Shown here: positions 53,345 through 63,978 of the stretch, one piece after another
How positions within the stretch are numbered: position 1 is the stretch's first letter
Layout of the letters: each line of letters begins with the position of its first letter
DNA from: Synechococcales cyanobacterium VAR_4_metabat_354
GTDB taxonomy: Bacteria > Cyanobacteriota > Cyanobacteriia > Cyanobacteriales > Chamaesiphonaceae
NCBI GenBank assembly: GCA_031414775.1
Contig: JANOQI010000062.1
Coordinates: 224,001 to 288,000, forward strand
Length of the DNA stretch: 64,000 bases
Direction of reading: 5' to 3'
Notes under the pieces: generated by a model
Database searches by the model: none
What the model saw: only the letters and a program-made list of their open reading frames with translations
What the model was told of the DNA's origin: nothing
Position numbers and translations under genes: made by a program

Positions 53345-56263
53345 TTATTCCCACAAAAGCACAGAAGGGATAGCATTAGGATCAGCTAGACGCAACAATT
53401 GATAGCCCACCCCCGCAGCACCCTTATAAAAACTAGGACTATGCACATTGTCAGATAAATGCGATTGCAAACCATAGCTCCCATTTTGAATCGCCGCCTT
53501 CACCACCTTAGTCCCATGTTGACGAGCAATTGTTAATAGTCGATCGTCCCCTAACTTTTCGGCAGCAACCAGCAACAGTTCAATTCTGCCCATATTGCCA
53601 CAACATAAATGATCGAGCCAACCATCACTAACACCATTCTTCTGACTAGTCCGCAAGGCAATATCAATTTCTGCCTGAACCTCAGACAGCGGTAAAATCG
53701 GTAAACTGCCCAACCGCCCCAAACCAATCCCCGGACTACCATGACACCAAGTATTCCAACAAACCACTTCACCACCTGACGGTGAAGCGCCAAAATGGGG
53801 CCAATTTTGAGCTGTTCGATCGAACACACTCCGCTCATAAGCTATCCCTTCTTCAGCCGCCGCCCGAAATCCTTCATTTCCGCTAGCCGCATAGAGTTGC
53901 AGCAGAGCAAAAGACATCCCCGCCGCCCCATGCGAAAAACCCGTTAGGGGTCGAGAACTTTCACCTTTGTGCATCAGCCATGCCCTCGGCAAAGCATCAG
54001 TACGATTAGCCAGTAAATGTTGACCACAACCGATCGCTATATCCAAAACAGTAGTATCTTGAGTAGCTTGATACAGCTGAAGCAAACCCAGCAACGCCCC
54101 TGTTGCCCCAAACACCACATCTAGCTTCCGATCGACAGCAATAATTGCTGGTGAAATCAGCCGAGCCGCTTGCAAAGCATCTGCTAATAGTGTCGGTTCA
54201 TCTAAAAATTGACTGACCTTAACCATGGCATAGATAATGCCGCCTAATCCCAACAGTCCAATCTCCGCCTTAGCGAGTTCCGGTGGGATCTGGCCAGCCC
54301 GGATCGACGAGCGAAAAGGATGGAGCGCCGCCAGAGCCGTGCGTCGAAACTGGTTATCACCAGAAATTTGCGCCAAAGCTGCCAAAAATAGACTGACTCC
54401 GGCTCTCCCTGTAAAAAGAGAATCATTCAGGATGCTTAATTGATAGCGATTAGCAGCATACATATATTCGATCGATCGCCAGTTGCAACCATCCCCCACC
54501 CAAATAGCCGACGCCACCATTTCCTGACCAATATCCAGAGCAGCGGCCTGGAATTCTACGGGCAACAGACAATTACCTAGAGGGAAATGTCCCTGGAGAG
54601 CAGTATCAATCTGTTTGAGATGTGCAAATTTGGCGATTGAGTTAGAGCTAATCAGCTGTAATTGCCGAGCTAGATCGGTTTCATCGAGTTGTTGCAATCG
54701 ATCGATCATTTGCTGATCACCAACAGAAGCCCAGAAATGATTGATGGTAGTTTTTTGATCGATCGCCAGACTATCTTGACTACAGACTGCCATAAAGCGG
54801 GGGAAATCTTGTTTTTGGAGCGCCGCAATTTCGGCAGCAAAAATTTTTTTAGCTGCTGGATGGTTGGCCAGCGGCCAATAACTAGGAGCATGTTCCTTGA
54901 TTAGATAACTAATCAGACTCTCATAAGTATCGTTATCCCTTAAGTAATCTGGTTTGAGACTCTGCCGACAGATCGTTTGGTAAGCATGACGTGGCCTTAG
55001 ATAACAACCAAATGTGAGCTGAGAGAAACTCGCGAGGGGACTATTTAACCCGACCAGAGTTGCTCGATGCTGGATGAGTAGTCGATAAATTTCTTGGAAA
55101 CCAACTGCGATCGCATTGGTATAATCTTTTGCTGAAACCGTTTCACCATCAAAAATCACGGCGTTTTTACCCGCTGGCACTATTACCGATGTCCGCACCA
55201 AATTCATGCGATCGGTATTAATAAATTGCCACTCCTGAGCCGCTCCATTTTGCTTGGGCAAAACATTGCCCAATACGCTGGTATCCCAAGCATTCCGAGC
55301 TTCCAGCTGGCCACTCCAACGCGGTAGAATCCCCGTTTTTAGCACCGAGTCATGAAACCATCGCTGCTCCTTTTCTATGGCAATGAATTCTGGATTCATC
55401 AACGCAGCCGCATTGATCAACAGCGGGTGTTCACCAGCAGCAACTACATGATCATGCTCGCAATCTTTCGTTCCCAGCACCCATAATAGTGCCGACAACA
55501 TGCCTGCTCTCTGATAAAAGTGCTGTACATGCGATCGGGTTTCACAGGCTTGTTGTTTAATTAACTCCTGCCAACCATAACCCTCGCCAGCTAACATTTT
55601 TAATGGCTGGAATGGCAGTGAAATACTTTGCTGATTGCACCAGGCCAATAATTCCTGGAAAGCTATATCCAGACTCAAATTCTTGGGTTTGTATACCAGC
55701 TCTATCCCCGAGGTAAACGTGAGAGTCAAGATCGATCGACATCCTGATGATTGATCGGATAGATTGGTAGCAATCCCAATGACTTTTCCTAAACTATGGC
55801 CATCATTAAAAGTCTCCTCCAATTTGAGAAAATCAGCAGCGAGACGTTCTAAAAATTCAGCGGTAGATTCCACCCACAAATCAATAGTGGTATTTATCAG
55901 ATTTTCTAAAACTGGATAGTCCCGAAATAAGGCAATCCTTCCATCCAATAACCCGTCTATAAAGCTGTTATACAGAGAATAATCTGGGAGATCAGTGTCT
56001 GGTAATTGCCCACAGCGCAGCCGATCAAATTCATACAATAAGACCTCCGCACCCAATCCTACCAATGTTTCTAATAAATTACGCTCTAAGGCTACATAGG
56101 CTTCTTCCGTCAATAATTTGATTTGAGTAGCAGAGAGTAAATCATGCAAATTGCGTCGGCCTGTTTGCACAAATGATAGATAAAAATTTTCAAATGGCAA
56201 AGGTTGATCTAGGTTGATCAGCGATATCTTTGCTAGCAAAGTTTCCAGCTTTTTTGTTTCCAT
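53345..56263 (-). CDS. lanM: LanM-type lanthipeptide synthetase with degenerate dehydratase domain and intact LanC-like cyclase domain
   Basis: YKPK and GYGWQE in the N-domain; GFSHGAAG, WCHGSPG and HLCCGNMG in the cyclase; DxHxEN and IDxE motifs substituted. Confidence 0.9.
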   Translation of the reverse strand: METKKLETLLAKISLINLDQPLPFENFYLSFVQTGRRNLHDLLSATQIKLLTEEAYVALERNLLETLVGLGAEVLLYEFDRLRCGQLPDTDLPDYSLYNSFIDGLLDGRIALFRDYPVLENLINTTIDLWVESTAEFLERLAADFLKLEETFNDGHSLGKVIGIATNLSDQSSGCRSILTLTFTSGIELVYKPKNLSLDIAFQELLAWCNQQSISLPFQPLKMLAGEGYGWQELIKQQACETRSHVQHFYQRAGMLSALLWVLGTKDCEHDHVVAAGEHPLLINAAALMNPEFIAIEKEQRWFHDSVLKTGILPRWSGQLEARNAWDTSVLGNVLPKQNGAAQEWQFINTDRMNLVRTSVIVPAGKNAVIFDGETVSAKDYTNAIAVGFQEIYRLLIQHRATLVGLNSPLASFSQLTFGCYLRPRHAYQTICRQSLKPDYLRDNDTYESLISYLIKEHAPSYWPLANHPAAKKIFAAEIAALQKQDFPRFMAVCSQDSLAIDQKTTINHFWASVGDQQMIDRLQQLDETDLARQLQLISSNSIAKFAHLKQIDTALQGHFPLGNCLLPVEFQAAALDIGQEMVASAIWVGDGCNWRSIEYMYAANRYQLSILNDSLFTGRAGVSLFLAALAQISGDNQFRRTALAALHPFRSSIRAGQIPPELAKAEIGLLGLGGIIYAMVKVSQFLDEPTLLADALQAARLISPAIIAVDRKLDVVFGATGALLGLLQLYQATQDTTVLDIAIGCGQHLLANRTDALPRAWLMHKGESSRPLTGFSHGAAGMSFALLQLYAASGNEGFRAAAEEGIAYERSVFDRTAQNWPHFGASPSGGEVVCWNTWCHGSPGIGLGRLGSLPILPLSEVQAEIDIALRTSQKNGVSDGWLDHLCCGNMGRIELLLVAAEKLGDDRLLTIARQHGTKVVKAAIQNGSYGLQSHLSDNVHSPSFYKGAAGVGYQLLRLADPNAIPSVLLWE

Positions 56264-56282
56264 GATTTATTTTGGTGTATCC

Positions 56283-57386
56283 TCAGCCGATCACCCGATA
56301 AATATCTTTAGAACCACTATTAAGATGTGGATGCTGCAAATCTATTCCTACCAAGGAGAACTGCTCTGAAATCGCGTTTATCCTCTCTCTATAAGAGTTT
56401 CGACCTTGATGAAATAACTCCAGCAACCCATTAGCCACAATTTGACAACGATTCATCCCGAAACTTTCCCGCTCCGCAAACTTCTGATCTGGCTCCTCCG
56501 CCAGTCCTAAACCAAGTGCCAGTTGCTTAGTGAACAAAGGAATCTTCGGGATAAAATGCGACTGGTGTTCTATATAAATACCATCTAAAACGCGTAGCAC
56601 AACTTCATAATCTTGCCAGTCAAAATACAGCACCCCCGAATCAAAACGATTGTAGTCTTTTGGGTTATACAAAACCTTGAAACTAAAAGGAATACCGACT
56701 GCATTTAACTCCTGGGTCACACTCTTCATCACAGCGATCGATCCCGCTGCCGTCACATTAAAATAAATCCGCACCAAAGCATCCCCTGGCTGCGGACGAC
56801 TAAAACCCAAATTACCGACAGCCATATAGAACCCATTCTGCATCCGGTTTTTGGGCATCTTAATTGCCACCAAATCCCCCACCGACACTTGCTGCTCTGT
56901 TTCTTTTAAATGCTTGTCCTGCCTAATATGTAGCCGTAAACTACCATTTTTGATAGCCAAACTACCATCTTCCTCTTCCTTCAACACCGTCCAGCCCCCA
57001 TCAAAATAACCCTCCCCGCAGTTACTATCATGCAATTGCTGGAAAAAAGCCGTATCAATGCCCATGACTGTATTATTTTCTAAATCTAGCTGCACCGGCT
57101 GATCTGGTGCATCCAAAGCCAATGAACTGCGCATCGCACCGTTATAGTAAATGCCATACAAAAAACTGCGTAACTGCAAACTCAAAAACTTTTGTTGCAT
57201 CTGCTCCGGCATCTTTTGAAACCGCTCCACCGCCTCCGCTGGAATCTCCAGCGGCTTATAACTAGGGTGATGAATCGAAAAATCATCCCGAATTTCCACA
57301 TTCCGAGCAATATCCTCCAACACCGTCATCAGCTCAGTATAAGCCGCAGTATCAGACTTGGTTGAAATAGCATCTAGTGTTTGCAT
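56283..57386 (-). CDS. HopA1-family phospho-Ser/Thr lyase (class V LanY / thioamitide TvaD-like)
   Basis: RIYFN, FKVL, RFDSGVLYF, GLAEEP and ESFGMNRC motifs. Confidence 0.85.
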   Translation of the reverse strand: MQTLDAISTKSDTAAYTELMTVLEDIARNVEIRDDFSIHHPSYKPLEIPAEAVERFQKMPEQMQQKFLSLQLRSFLYGIYYNGAMRSSLALDAPDQPVQLDLENNTVMGIDTAFFQQLHDSNCGEGYFDGGWTVLKEEEDGSLAIKNGSLRLHIRQDKHLKETEQQVSVGDLVAIKMPKNRMQNGFYMAVGNLGFSRPQPGDALVRIYFNVTAAGSIAVMKSVTQELNAVGIPFSFKVLYNPKDYNRFDSGVLYFDWQDYEVVLRVLDGIYIEHQSHFIPKIPLFTKQLALGLGLAEEPDQKFAERESFGMNRCQIVANGLLELFHQGRNSYRERINAISEQFSLVGIDLQHPHLNSGSKDIYRVIG

Positions 57387-57490
57387 AGTTTTAGTAGTTA
57401 TTAATAATTAATGTAAGAGCCAAAGCTAGAATCTAATAATTTTGGCAACTTCAAGATTGACCGTAAAATAGCGGCCAGAAAACCCCAACC

Positions 57491-58639
57491 TCAAACCGTT
57501 ACCAGCACTTGAGGTACCATCAATTGCCCCCCAAACACCGTCGGCATCGACTGCACCGGACGACACAACAACGACTTCGCCACCTGCAACTGAGCAATTC
57601 CCGCATTTCCCAACGTCTTTTGGTATTGAATCGCCGCCTCAATCCCCTGAATCAAAGCCAACCCGGCAAACTGCACCGTCCTTTCCAAAAAATCAGGTCG
57701 ATCGATCAAAATCTGTGGAAAAGCTTGCAAATAAGCTTGAGTCAAAACCGCGATCGAAGGTTGTACCTGATCTAATGGAGTCATCGCCAAAGCTAAAGAC
57801 TCCTCGATCGACAGCGACTTACTGACCACCAAACTCCCCAACCATATTTGCAAATAACTACCAATTAAAGTCCCCAAATCAAATGCCGGATCGCCCCAAG
57901 CCGATCGCTCCCAATCAATCAGCCGCGCCATCCCACTCGTCGGTTGTTCCCAATCATTGTGCAGCAGGACATTATTCAGCTTGAGGTCGTTATGAGTCAA
58001 ACAATCCGCCGTAAAAGCCTCGCCCAGCTCTACCAAGGCCTGACCCAAACTGTCGTAGCGCTGATACAAAGCATAAAACTTCAAACCATCATCTGGCACC
58101 GCACCAAAGATCTCTGGAGTTAAACGCTCCAATCCCCGAATCATTCTTTGGACAATGCTTGTTTCGGATCGGAGCGGGTTTCGATCGATCGCTTCCTGAT
58201 AGTCCGATCGCTGATAGGTATCCCGATGGAAAGTAGCCAACAAAGCCCCCAGTTTTTGGGCGATGCGATCGGAAAAGGTATTTTCCTTGGCATAAAAGCT
58301 CATCAAGTCCTGATATTCATTCAGATATTTAAATATCAGAATCGAGTTCTCGGCATCAAAATGGAGTACTTCCGAAACAAAAGGTTGCCAGTGCTGCAAT
58401 GATGAAAAATTTCGCATCAATTCCTGCACTTGCCATTCTGACAAAAACTCCCCGATGGCTTTTCCTTCTTGGTTGTGGCGTTCCTGCTTTACTAGAAGCT
58501 TTGAGTCTTGAGCTAACGTAATTAACAAGTTAAAGTTCTTTGCCGACACTGGTTCGATATTATCAGTGGTGCTTTCTGAGTGGTAGCCCAGATCGGCCAA
58601 GTACTCAAAGACATTCGTTTGATTTAGTAGAAATACCAT
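57491..58639 (-). CDS. APH-like phosphotransferase (class V LanK / TvaC-like peptide kinase)
   Basis: LLVKQE, catalytic loop HNDLKLNN, IDWE and GDPAFDLG; adjacent to HopA1 gene. Confidence 0.87.
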   Translation of the reverse strand: MVFLLNQTNVFEYLADLGYHSESTTDNIEPVSAKNFNLLITLAQDSKLLVKQERHNQEGKAIGEFLSEWQVQELMRNFSSLQHWQPFVSEVLHFDAENSILIFKYLNEYQDLMSFYAKENTFSDRIAQKLGALLATFHRDTYQRSDYQEAIDRNPLRSETSIVQRMIRGLERLTPEIFGAVPDDGLKFYALYQRYDSLGQALVELGEAFTADCLTHNDLKLNNVLLHNDWEQPTSGMARLIDWERSAWGDPAFDLGTLIGSYLQIWLGSLVVSKSLSIEESLALAMTPLDQVQPSIAVLTQAYLQAFPQILIDRPDFLERTVQFAGLALIQGIEAAIQYQKTLGNAGIAQLQVAKSLLCRPVQSMPTVFGGQLMVPQVLVTV

Positions 58640-59024
58640 AGTTGATTTTGGAAACCTTTAAGATAGCTCGGTAACTCGTGAGTCACTTGTCTTACCCGTT
58701 GTCGGTAGTATCAAAGTTGCAAGTGAGTTGAATTTTCTCCACTCCGATTTACCTTGTCCCTAATTCTAGACAAATCAAGTTCTACATATACAAAAAGAAG
58801 TGATCTTAAACGGTGGTAAATTACAACTATTTTGATCCTTTTGCAATCGCAAAAAAGTAACCTCCTTGTCTAAATAAAGAATAAGCCAAGATTTTGTCAG
58901 CTGATTTATTAAGATCGAATAACCTATCTCAACATCAATCTGGAGAGCTTAGTGAAATGGACGCTAGCAATTGGATTGGCTAAGATGGCAATGAAGGTCA
59001 ATTGCTTATCCGGAGAAAAAACCT

Positions 59025-59495
59025 ATGAAAATTGATATTGGCATTGATACAGCAGCTCGCAAAGAGATCGCGGATGGTTTATCGAAGCTCTTGGCCGATA
59101 CCTACAGTTTGTACTTGAAAACTCACTATTTTCACTGGAACGTTACCGGGCCAATGTTTCAAACCCTACACCTCATGTTTGAAACCCAGTATACCGAGTT
59201 GGCTTTGGCCGTAGATTTAATTGCTGAGCGCATTCGGGCGTTGGGCTTTACGGCTCCGGGTAGCTACAGTGTTTATGCTCAGCTCAGTTCGATTCCGGAA
59301 ACCACTGATGTCCCCACAGCCACTGACATGATCCGGTTGTTGGTAGAAGGACAAGAAACTGTTTGCCGCACTGCTCGATCGATCTTCCCCATTATCGAAA
59401 AAGTTAGTGACGAACCTACCGCCGATCTTTTAACCCAAAGATTACAACTTCACGAAAAAACTGCATGGATGCTACGCAGTTTGTTAGATAATTAA
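59025..59495 (+). CDS. dps: Dps family DNA-protection/ferritin-like protein
   Basis: [36 protein letters not shown] and HEKTAWML motifs. Confidence 0.95.
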   Translation: MKIDIGIDTAARKEIADGLSKLLADTYSLYLKTHYFHWNVTGPMFQTLHLMFETQYTELALAVDLIAERIRALGFTAPGSYSVYAQLSSIPETTDVPTATDMIRLLVEGQETVCRTARSIFPIIEKVSDEPTADLLTQRLQLHEKTAWMLRSLLDN

Positions 59496-59556
59496 GGTTC
59501 CTTTAGTAATCGATGGGAGTGCCTTGGCTGACAAGACACTCTTTTTTTGTGTTTTT

Positions 59557-60129
59557 ATGGGTGAAAATTCTTTGGAAATCGTGTTGTGCGAGCTAATGGT
59601 GACAGCGCAGATCCCTAACTGGCAGCAGCTTAGTCACCAGACGGGGATTTCTGCTAAGCGGTTGCGAAAATTGCGGCACGGTCAGAGTGAGCATTTGAAA
59701 CTATCTGAACTAATTAATCTCAGTCAATCGCTGCAAATTTCGCTGTTAGGGTTACTAGAGCGATGTGGTCTGCAATCTAGCCCGGAGCCAACTAGTCCGC
59801 CAGCTTCTTCCCTGACAGAATTTCAACTGACTAGTATTCAAACCATTGAATCTTTTTTAACCTATTGGCCAGCGGCCGCCTATCAAGTCCAGATCAATCC
59901 AGATTTTCCGGCCAGCAAACTGTTACCGCTGGTGAAGCCGATCGAACGTCTCCTGGCTAACTGGGATGTTGTCCAAATTGGTGCAGTGGGCGCAGTAATG
60001 CCTTTTAATCCGCAGCAGCATCAGGCCATTGATGGCCATATTCAGTCAGGTGAAATGGTGATGGTGCGTTATCCCGGCTATCAGCAGGGTGAAAAACTAT
60101 TGTGGCGTGCCCAAGTCAGTCGCTCCTAA
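59557..60129 (+). CDS. XRE-like HTH + GrpE-like C-terminal domain protein
   Basis: QLSHQTGIS...LRKLR HTH; C-terminal FNPQQHQ...VRYPGY...LWRAQV resembles the GrpE head. Confidence 0.65.
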   Translation: MGENSLEIVLCELMVTAQIPNWQQLSHQTGISAKRLRKLRHGQSEHLKLSELINLSQSLQISLLGLLERCGLQSSPEPTSPPASSLTEFQLTSIQTIESFLTYWPAAAYQVQINPDFPASKLLPLVKPIERLLANWDVVQIGAVGAVMPFNPQQHQAIDGHIQSGEMVMVRYPGYQQGEKLLWRAQVSRS

Positions 60130-60239
60130 AGAATTTGTTGAGATTTCTAGCCTAGGTGCATAACCGGGGCAATTGATCGGCAATAATAGGGAGCGTACTG
60201 CCTTGCGCTTTGGTGCAGGCTCTCCACCCGCCATTGGTT

Positions 60240-62213
60240 ATGTCAGACACAAATATTGAATCAGTTCTTCAAGAAAATCGGCTATTTCCCCCGTCTCCGG
60301 AGTTTTCCCAAGGGGCACATATTAAGAGCATGGCTGAATATGAAGCGCTCTGTGCCAAAGCAGCGGCAGATCCGGCCAAATTCTGGGCAGACTTAGCGAT
60401 GCAAGAGTTACATTGGTTTAAGCCTTGGGATCAAGTCTTAGACTGGAGTAATCCCCCTTTTGCGAAATGGTTTGTTGGTGGTCAGCTGAATATTTCCTAT
60501 AACTGTCTCGATCGACACTTGGAAACCGAGCGGCGAAATAAACCGGCCTTGATCTGGGAAGGTGAACCGGGCGATACCCGCACCTTAACTTATTTTCAGC
60601 TACATCAAGAAGTGTGCCAGATGGCCAATGTCCTGAAAAAGTTGGGCGTAACCAAAGGCGATCGAGTGGGCATCTACATGCCAATGATTCCAGAAGCGGC
60701 GATGGCCATGTTGGCCTGTGCTCGCATTGGGGCGGTGCATACGATTGTCTTTGGGGGTTTTAGTGCCGAGGCTTTACGCGATCGATTGGTAGCTGGTGAA
60801 GTCAAGTTAGTAATTACTGCTGATGGCGGTTGGCGCAAGGATGCCATCGTCCCCCTCAAGCAGCAGGTAGATTTGGCGATCGAAGGCAATGCTTGTCCAA
60901 CGGTGCAAAAAACTCTAGTGGTGCAGCGCACTAAGCAAGACACTGCGATGGAAGCAGGGCGAGATCATTGGTGGCACGAAGAACAGGCGATCGCCTCTAC
61001 GGATTGTCCGGCAGTAGCGATGGATGCCGAAGACATGCTGTTTATTCTGTACACCTCGGGCAGCACCGGCAAACCAAAGGGCGTAGTGCACACAACCGGC
61101 GGCTATAATCTCTATTCCCACATCACGACTAAATGGATTTTCGACCTCAAAGATAGCGATATTTATTGGTGTACCGCCGATGTCGGCTGGATTACTGGTC
61201 ATAGCTACATTGTCTATGGCCCGCTCTCCAATGGAGCCACTACCGTGATCTACGAAGGCGCTCCCCGAGCCAGCAATCCGGGTTGTTTCTGGGATGTAAT
61301 CGCCAAGCACAAGGTCACGATTTTCTACACCGCCCCCACAGCGATTCGCGCCTTTATCAAAATGGGCGAAGAAATCCCGAATACCCGCGATCTGTCTACG
61401 CTGCGGTTGTTGGGTACCGTGGGTGAACCAATTAACCCCGAAGCTTGGATGTGGTATCACCGGGTAATTGGTGGTGGTCGTTGTCCAATCGTCGATACCT
61501 GGTGGCAAACTGAAACTGGTGGGATTATGATTACGGCGTTGCCGGGGGCAATTCCGACTAAACCGGGTTCAGCTACTCGTCCCTTCCCCGGCATTTTGGC
61601 CGAGGTGGTGGATATGACTGGCCAGCCAGTACCGATTAATACTGGAGGATATTTGGTGATCAAACATCCCTGGCCAGGAATGCTCCGGAATGTTTATGGC
61701 GATCCCGAGCGCTTCTGCAAAACCTATTGGGAAGAAATTCCACCCCAAGATGGTAAGTACCTATACTTCGCTGGGGATGGGGCGCGTCAGGATGCCGATG
61801 GCTATTTCTGGGTGATGGGGCGGGTTGATGATGTGATCAACGTTTCTGGGCACCGTTTGGGCACGATGGAAGTGGAGTCGGCGCTGGTATCCCACCCCGC
61901 AGTGGCCGAAGCGGCGGTGGTAGGCAAGCCTGATGAGCTAAAGGGCGAAGAAATTGTGGCCTTTGTAACCCTGGAACATACTTTTACGGCTAGTGATGCC
62001 ATGATGAAGGAGTTGAAACTGCACGTCGGCAAGGAGATCGGAGCAATCGCCCGCCCCGGTGAAATCCGGTTTACGGATTCTTTACCTAAAACGAGGTCAG
62101 GTAAGATTATGCGCCGGTTGCTGAGATCTTTGGCGGCAGGTGAGGAGGTGACTGGGGATACTTCGACTTTGGAAGATCGATCGGTACTCGATCGGCTACG
62201 TCAGGATGCCTAA
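60240..62213 (+). CDS. acs: Acetyl-CoA synthetase
   Basis: [28 protein letters not shown] and [11 protein letters not shown] motifs. Confidence 0.97.
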   Translation: MSDTNIESVLQENRLFPPSPEFSQGAHIKSMAEYEALCAKAAADPAKFWADLAMQELHWFKPWDQVLDWSNPPFAKWFVGGQLNISYNCLDRHLETERRNKPALIWEGEPGDTRTLTYFQLHQEVCQMANVLKKLGVTKGDRVGIYMPMIPEAAMAMLACARIGAVHTIVFGGFSAEALRDRLVAGEVKLVITADGGWRKDAIVPLKQQVDLAIEGNACPTVQKTLVVQRTKQDTAMEAGRDHWWHEEQAIASTDCPAVAMDAEDMLFILYTSGSTGKPKGVVHTTGGYNLYSHITTKWIFDLKDSDIYWCTADVGWITGHSYIVYGPLSNGATTVIYEGAPRASNPGCFWDVIAKHKVTIFYTAPTAIRAFIKMGEEIPNTRDLSTLRLLGTVGEPINPEAWMWYHRVIGGGRCPIVDTWWQTETGGIMITALPGAIPTKPGSATRPFPGILAEVVDMTGQPVPINTGGYLVIKHPWPGMLRNVYGDPERFCKTYWEEIPPQDGKYLYFAGDGARQDADGYFWVMGRVDDVINVSGHRLGTMEVESALVSHPAVAEAAVVGKPDELKGEEIVAFVTLEHTFTASDAMMKELKLHVGKEIGAIARPGEIRFTDSLPKTRSGKIMRRLLRSLAAGEEVTGDTSTLEDRSVLDRLRQDA

Positions 62214-62215
62214 TG

Positions 62216-62920
62216 CTATTTTTGATTGAATTGCACTTGATACATCTGAAATAACTTACCAGTTTTGGTGGCTGTCACTCGGCCACCAGCTTCTTTTACT
62301 AGCGCAGTTATTTGCGCCAAAGGCGATAGATATACTTCGGCGCCCAGGTACATTTCTAAAATTGACCAGTTCTCGGCCAGCTCTGTTGCTGGATCGATCG
62401 CATCAAACACAAAAAGTCCATCAGGTTTTAATACTCGTTTGACTTCTTGCAACACTAGCTCCCAATATTCGGGGGGGTAGTAGCAGCTAAAGCCGGTGGC
62501 AACCACTCGATCAAACATCGCATCTTCGTACTTTAATTGGTGCGCCGCGCCCGCTTGTACTCCTTTAAACAGCTTGGAGTTGAGTTGAGAACCGCGTGAA
62601 TTCAGCGCAGCCTGCGCCACGGTGCTGATTTCCTGGCCATAGAAATAGGTTTGCCAATCGCGCCAATCGTAGATCAAAAAACTCACACCGCAGCCGATAT
62701 CTAAACAACGGTGATTTTTGCTAAATTTACTCAGTTTCCAAAAGGGCGAAGTGGTCTCCAGTGCCAAATCACGACTCACCCATTGCCGGAAGATGGGCAT
62801 GGCTTCTACTTCCGGGGGTAAATCGAAGGATTCTTGGCGAAACTCTTTATCGAATCTTTGCCGGACTCGATCGATGTGGCTGGACCAATCTTGGGGCGGT
62901 GAAGGAATGGAGGTATACAT
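62216..62920 (-). CDS. Class I SAM-dependent methyltransferase
   Basis: LDIGCG, FDRV and EVKRVLKPDG motifs. Confidence 0.88.
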   Translation of the reverse strand: MYTSIPSPPQDWSSHIDRVRQRFDKEFRQESFDLPPEVEAMPIFRQWVSRDLALETTSPFWKLSKFSKNHRCLDIGCGVSFLIYDWRDWQTYFYGQEISTVAQAALNSRGSQLNSKLFKGVQAGAAHQLKYEDAMFDRVVATGFSCYYPPEYWELVLQEVKRVLKPDGLFVFDAIDPATELAENWSILEMYLGAEVYLSPLAQITALVKEAGGRVTATKTGKLFQMYQVQFNQK

Positions 62921-63003
62921 TAAGTCGGAGTCCGATCGAATGATCCCTATGGGGTTTTGGATAGGAACAGCTTACGCTATTTGTTGACTAGATCTACCAT
63001 ACT

Positions 63004-63627
63004 TTAACGACGTAATAACTTACCTTGTGCTTGTGCCGATCGAATCACTTGAATATTACTAGTGAATACTTGGATATTTGGGACAGTAGCATAATCCATA
63101 TCGTCGGTGATGACTTGGATTTTACCTGTTCCGGCCCGACTAATTGCTTCAAGAATTAGCAGATCGTAACCATCGACTGATTGGGTTTGAAAACGGTTGA
63201 GAGCAGCTTTAGCAATCTCATCATTAATTGTCAGATCGGCAGAAATTGCGATCGATTCCACTTGACTCCATGCCGCCTGAACTTCTGAGACCACCTTAGC
63301 TCGTTCGTTAGGGTAATTGTGTCGATAGTCTTTGGACTTTAAGCTAGAGTTGTTATTTTGGTTGTATATATCTCGCTCAATCCTTTCGATCACGCTGGCC
63401 AGTTCGGCCAAGGTTAGCACCGAATAACTAAGTGTTGTGCCTTGTTCAAGTGCACTATCTAGATAATAAGGATAATCCTTAAGCTGATATGGTTTTGCGG
63501 TGAAACTAGCATTTCTGTAAGTCTGCCATAGCCAAACATTGGTGTCCACCAAAAAAATATCGCTTTTTTGGGGTGTATCATTCTGGATATCGATAATATC
63601 AGCCCGGACAGTAAGACTAATATTCAT
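63004..63627 (-). CDS. PIN-domain protein (putative ribonuclease)
   Basis: FLVDTNVW, LAE, DGYD and VITDDMDY acidic PIN motifs. Confidence 0.82.
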   Translation of the reverse strand: MNISLTVRADIIDIQNDTPQKSDIFLVDTNVWLWQTYRNASFTAKPYQLKDYPYYLDSALEQGTTLSYSVLTLAELASVIERIERDIYNQNNNSSLKSKDYRHNYPNERAKVVSEVQAAWSQVESIAISADLTINDEIAKAALNRFQTQSVDGYDLLILEAISRAGTGKIQVITDDMDYATVPNIQVFTSNIQVIRSAQAQGKLLRR

Positions 63628-63630
63628 TGA

Positions 63631-63978
63631 TTAGCAGTTAGCGGCGTATTCTTGCATGACGTTATCCACTGCTCGTCGATAACTTGCATCATTGTAATAG
63701 TGTTCGGCATTGTCCATGACTCGTTGCAAGATATGCTGACCATCATTAGTCAACCCAGTAATACAAATCTGACGATTTAAGTCATCGCGTGAGAAGTCTT
63801 TCAAAAGCTGACCAGTAGCAACATTGAAGAATGCAGTGGCAAAAACTTTAACTTCGCTAAAATCTAGTTCAACAACTTGTCCTAAGCTAAGAAGTTGGTA
63901 AATTAGATCGTAAATTTTTTGTCCTTTGTTGGGGGAGATAGCGTATTGCCCAGTGATTTCGTGAATATTATATTTCAT
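63631..63978 (-). CDS. STAS-like (DUF4325) domain protein
   Basis: GQKIY...VELDFSEVKVFATAFFNVATGQL pattern; 3 bp upstream of the PIN gene. Confidence 0.8.
   Translation of the reverse strand: MKYNIHEITGQYAISPNKGQKIYDLIYQLLSLGQVVELDFSEVKVFATAFFNVATGQLLKDFSRDDLNRQICITGLTNDGQHILQRVMDNAEHYYNDASYRRAVDNVMQEYAANC

Noticed and set aside
58700..58717. Possible fourth copy of the 17-bp promoter motif upstream of the kinase (minus strand ACTTTGATACTACCGACA)
   Set aside because: Several mismatches, altered length and no TAN3T at the expected spacing
62216..62920. Methyltransferase as a tailoring enzyme of the RiPP cluster
   Set aside because: Separated from the cluster by dps, an HTH-GrpE-like gene and acs; looks like a conserved housekeeping-type gene
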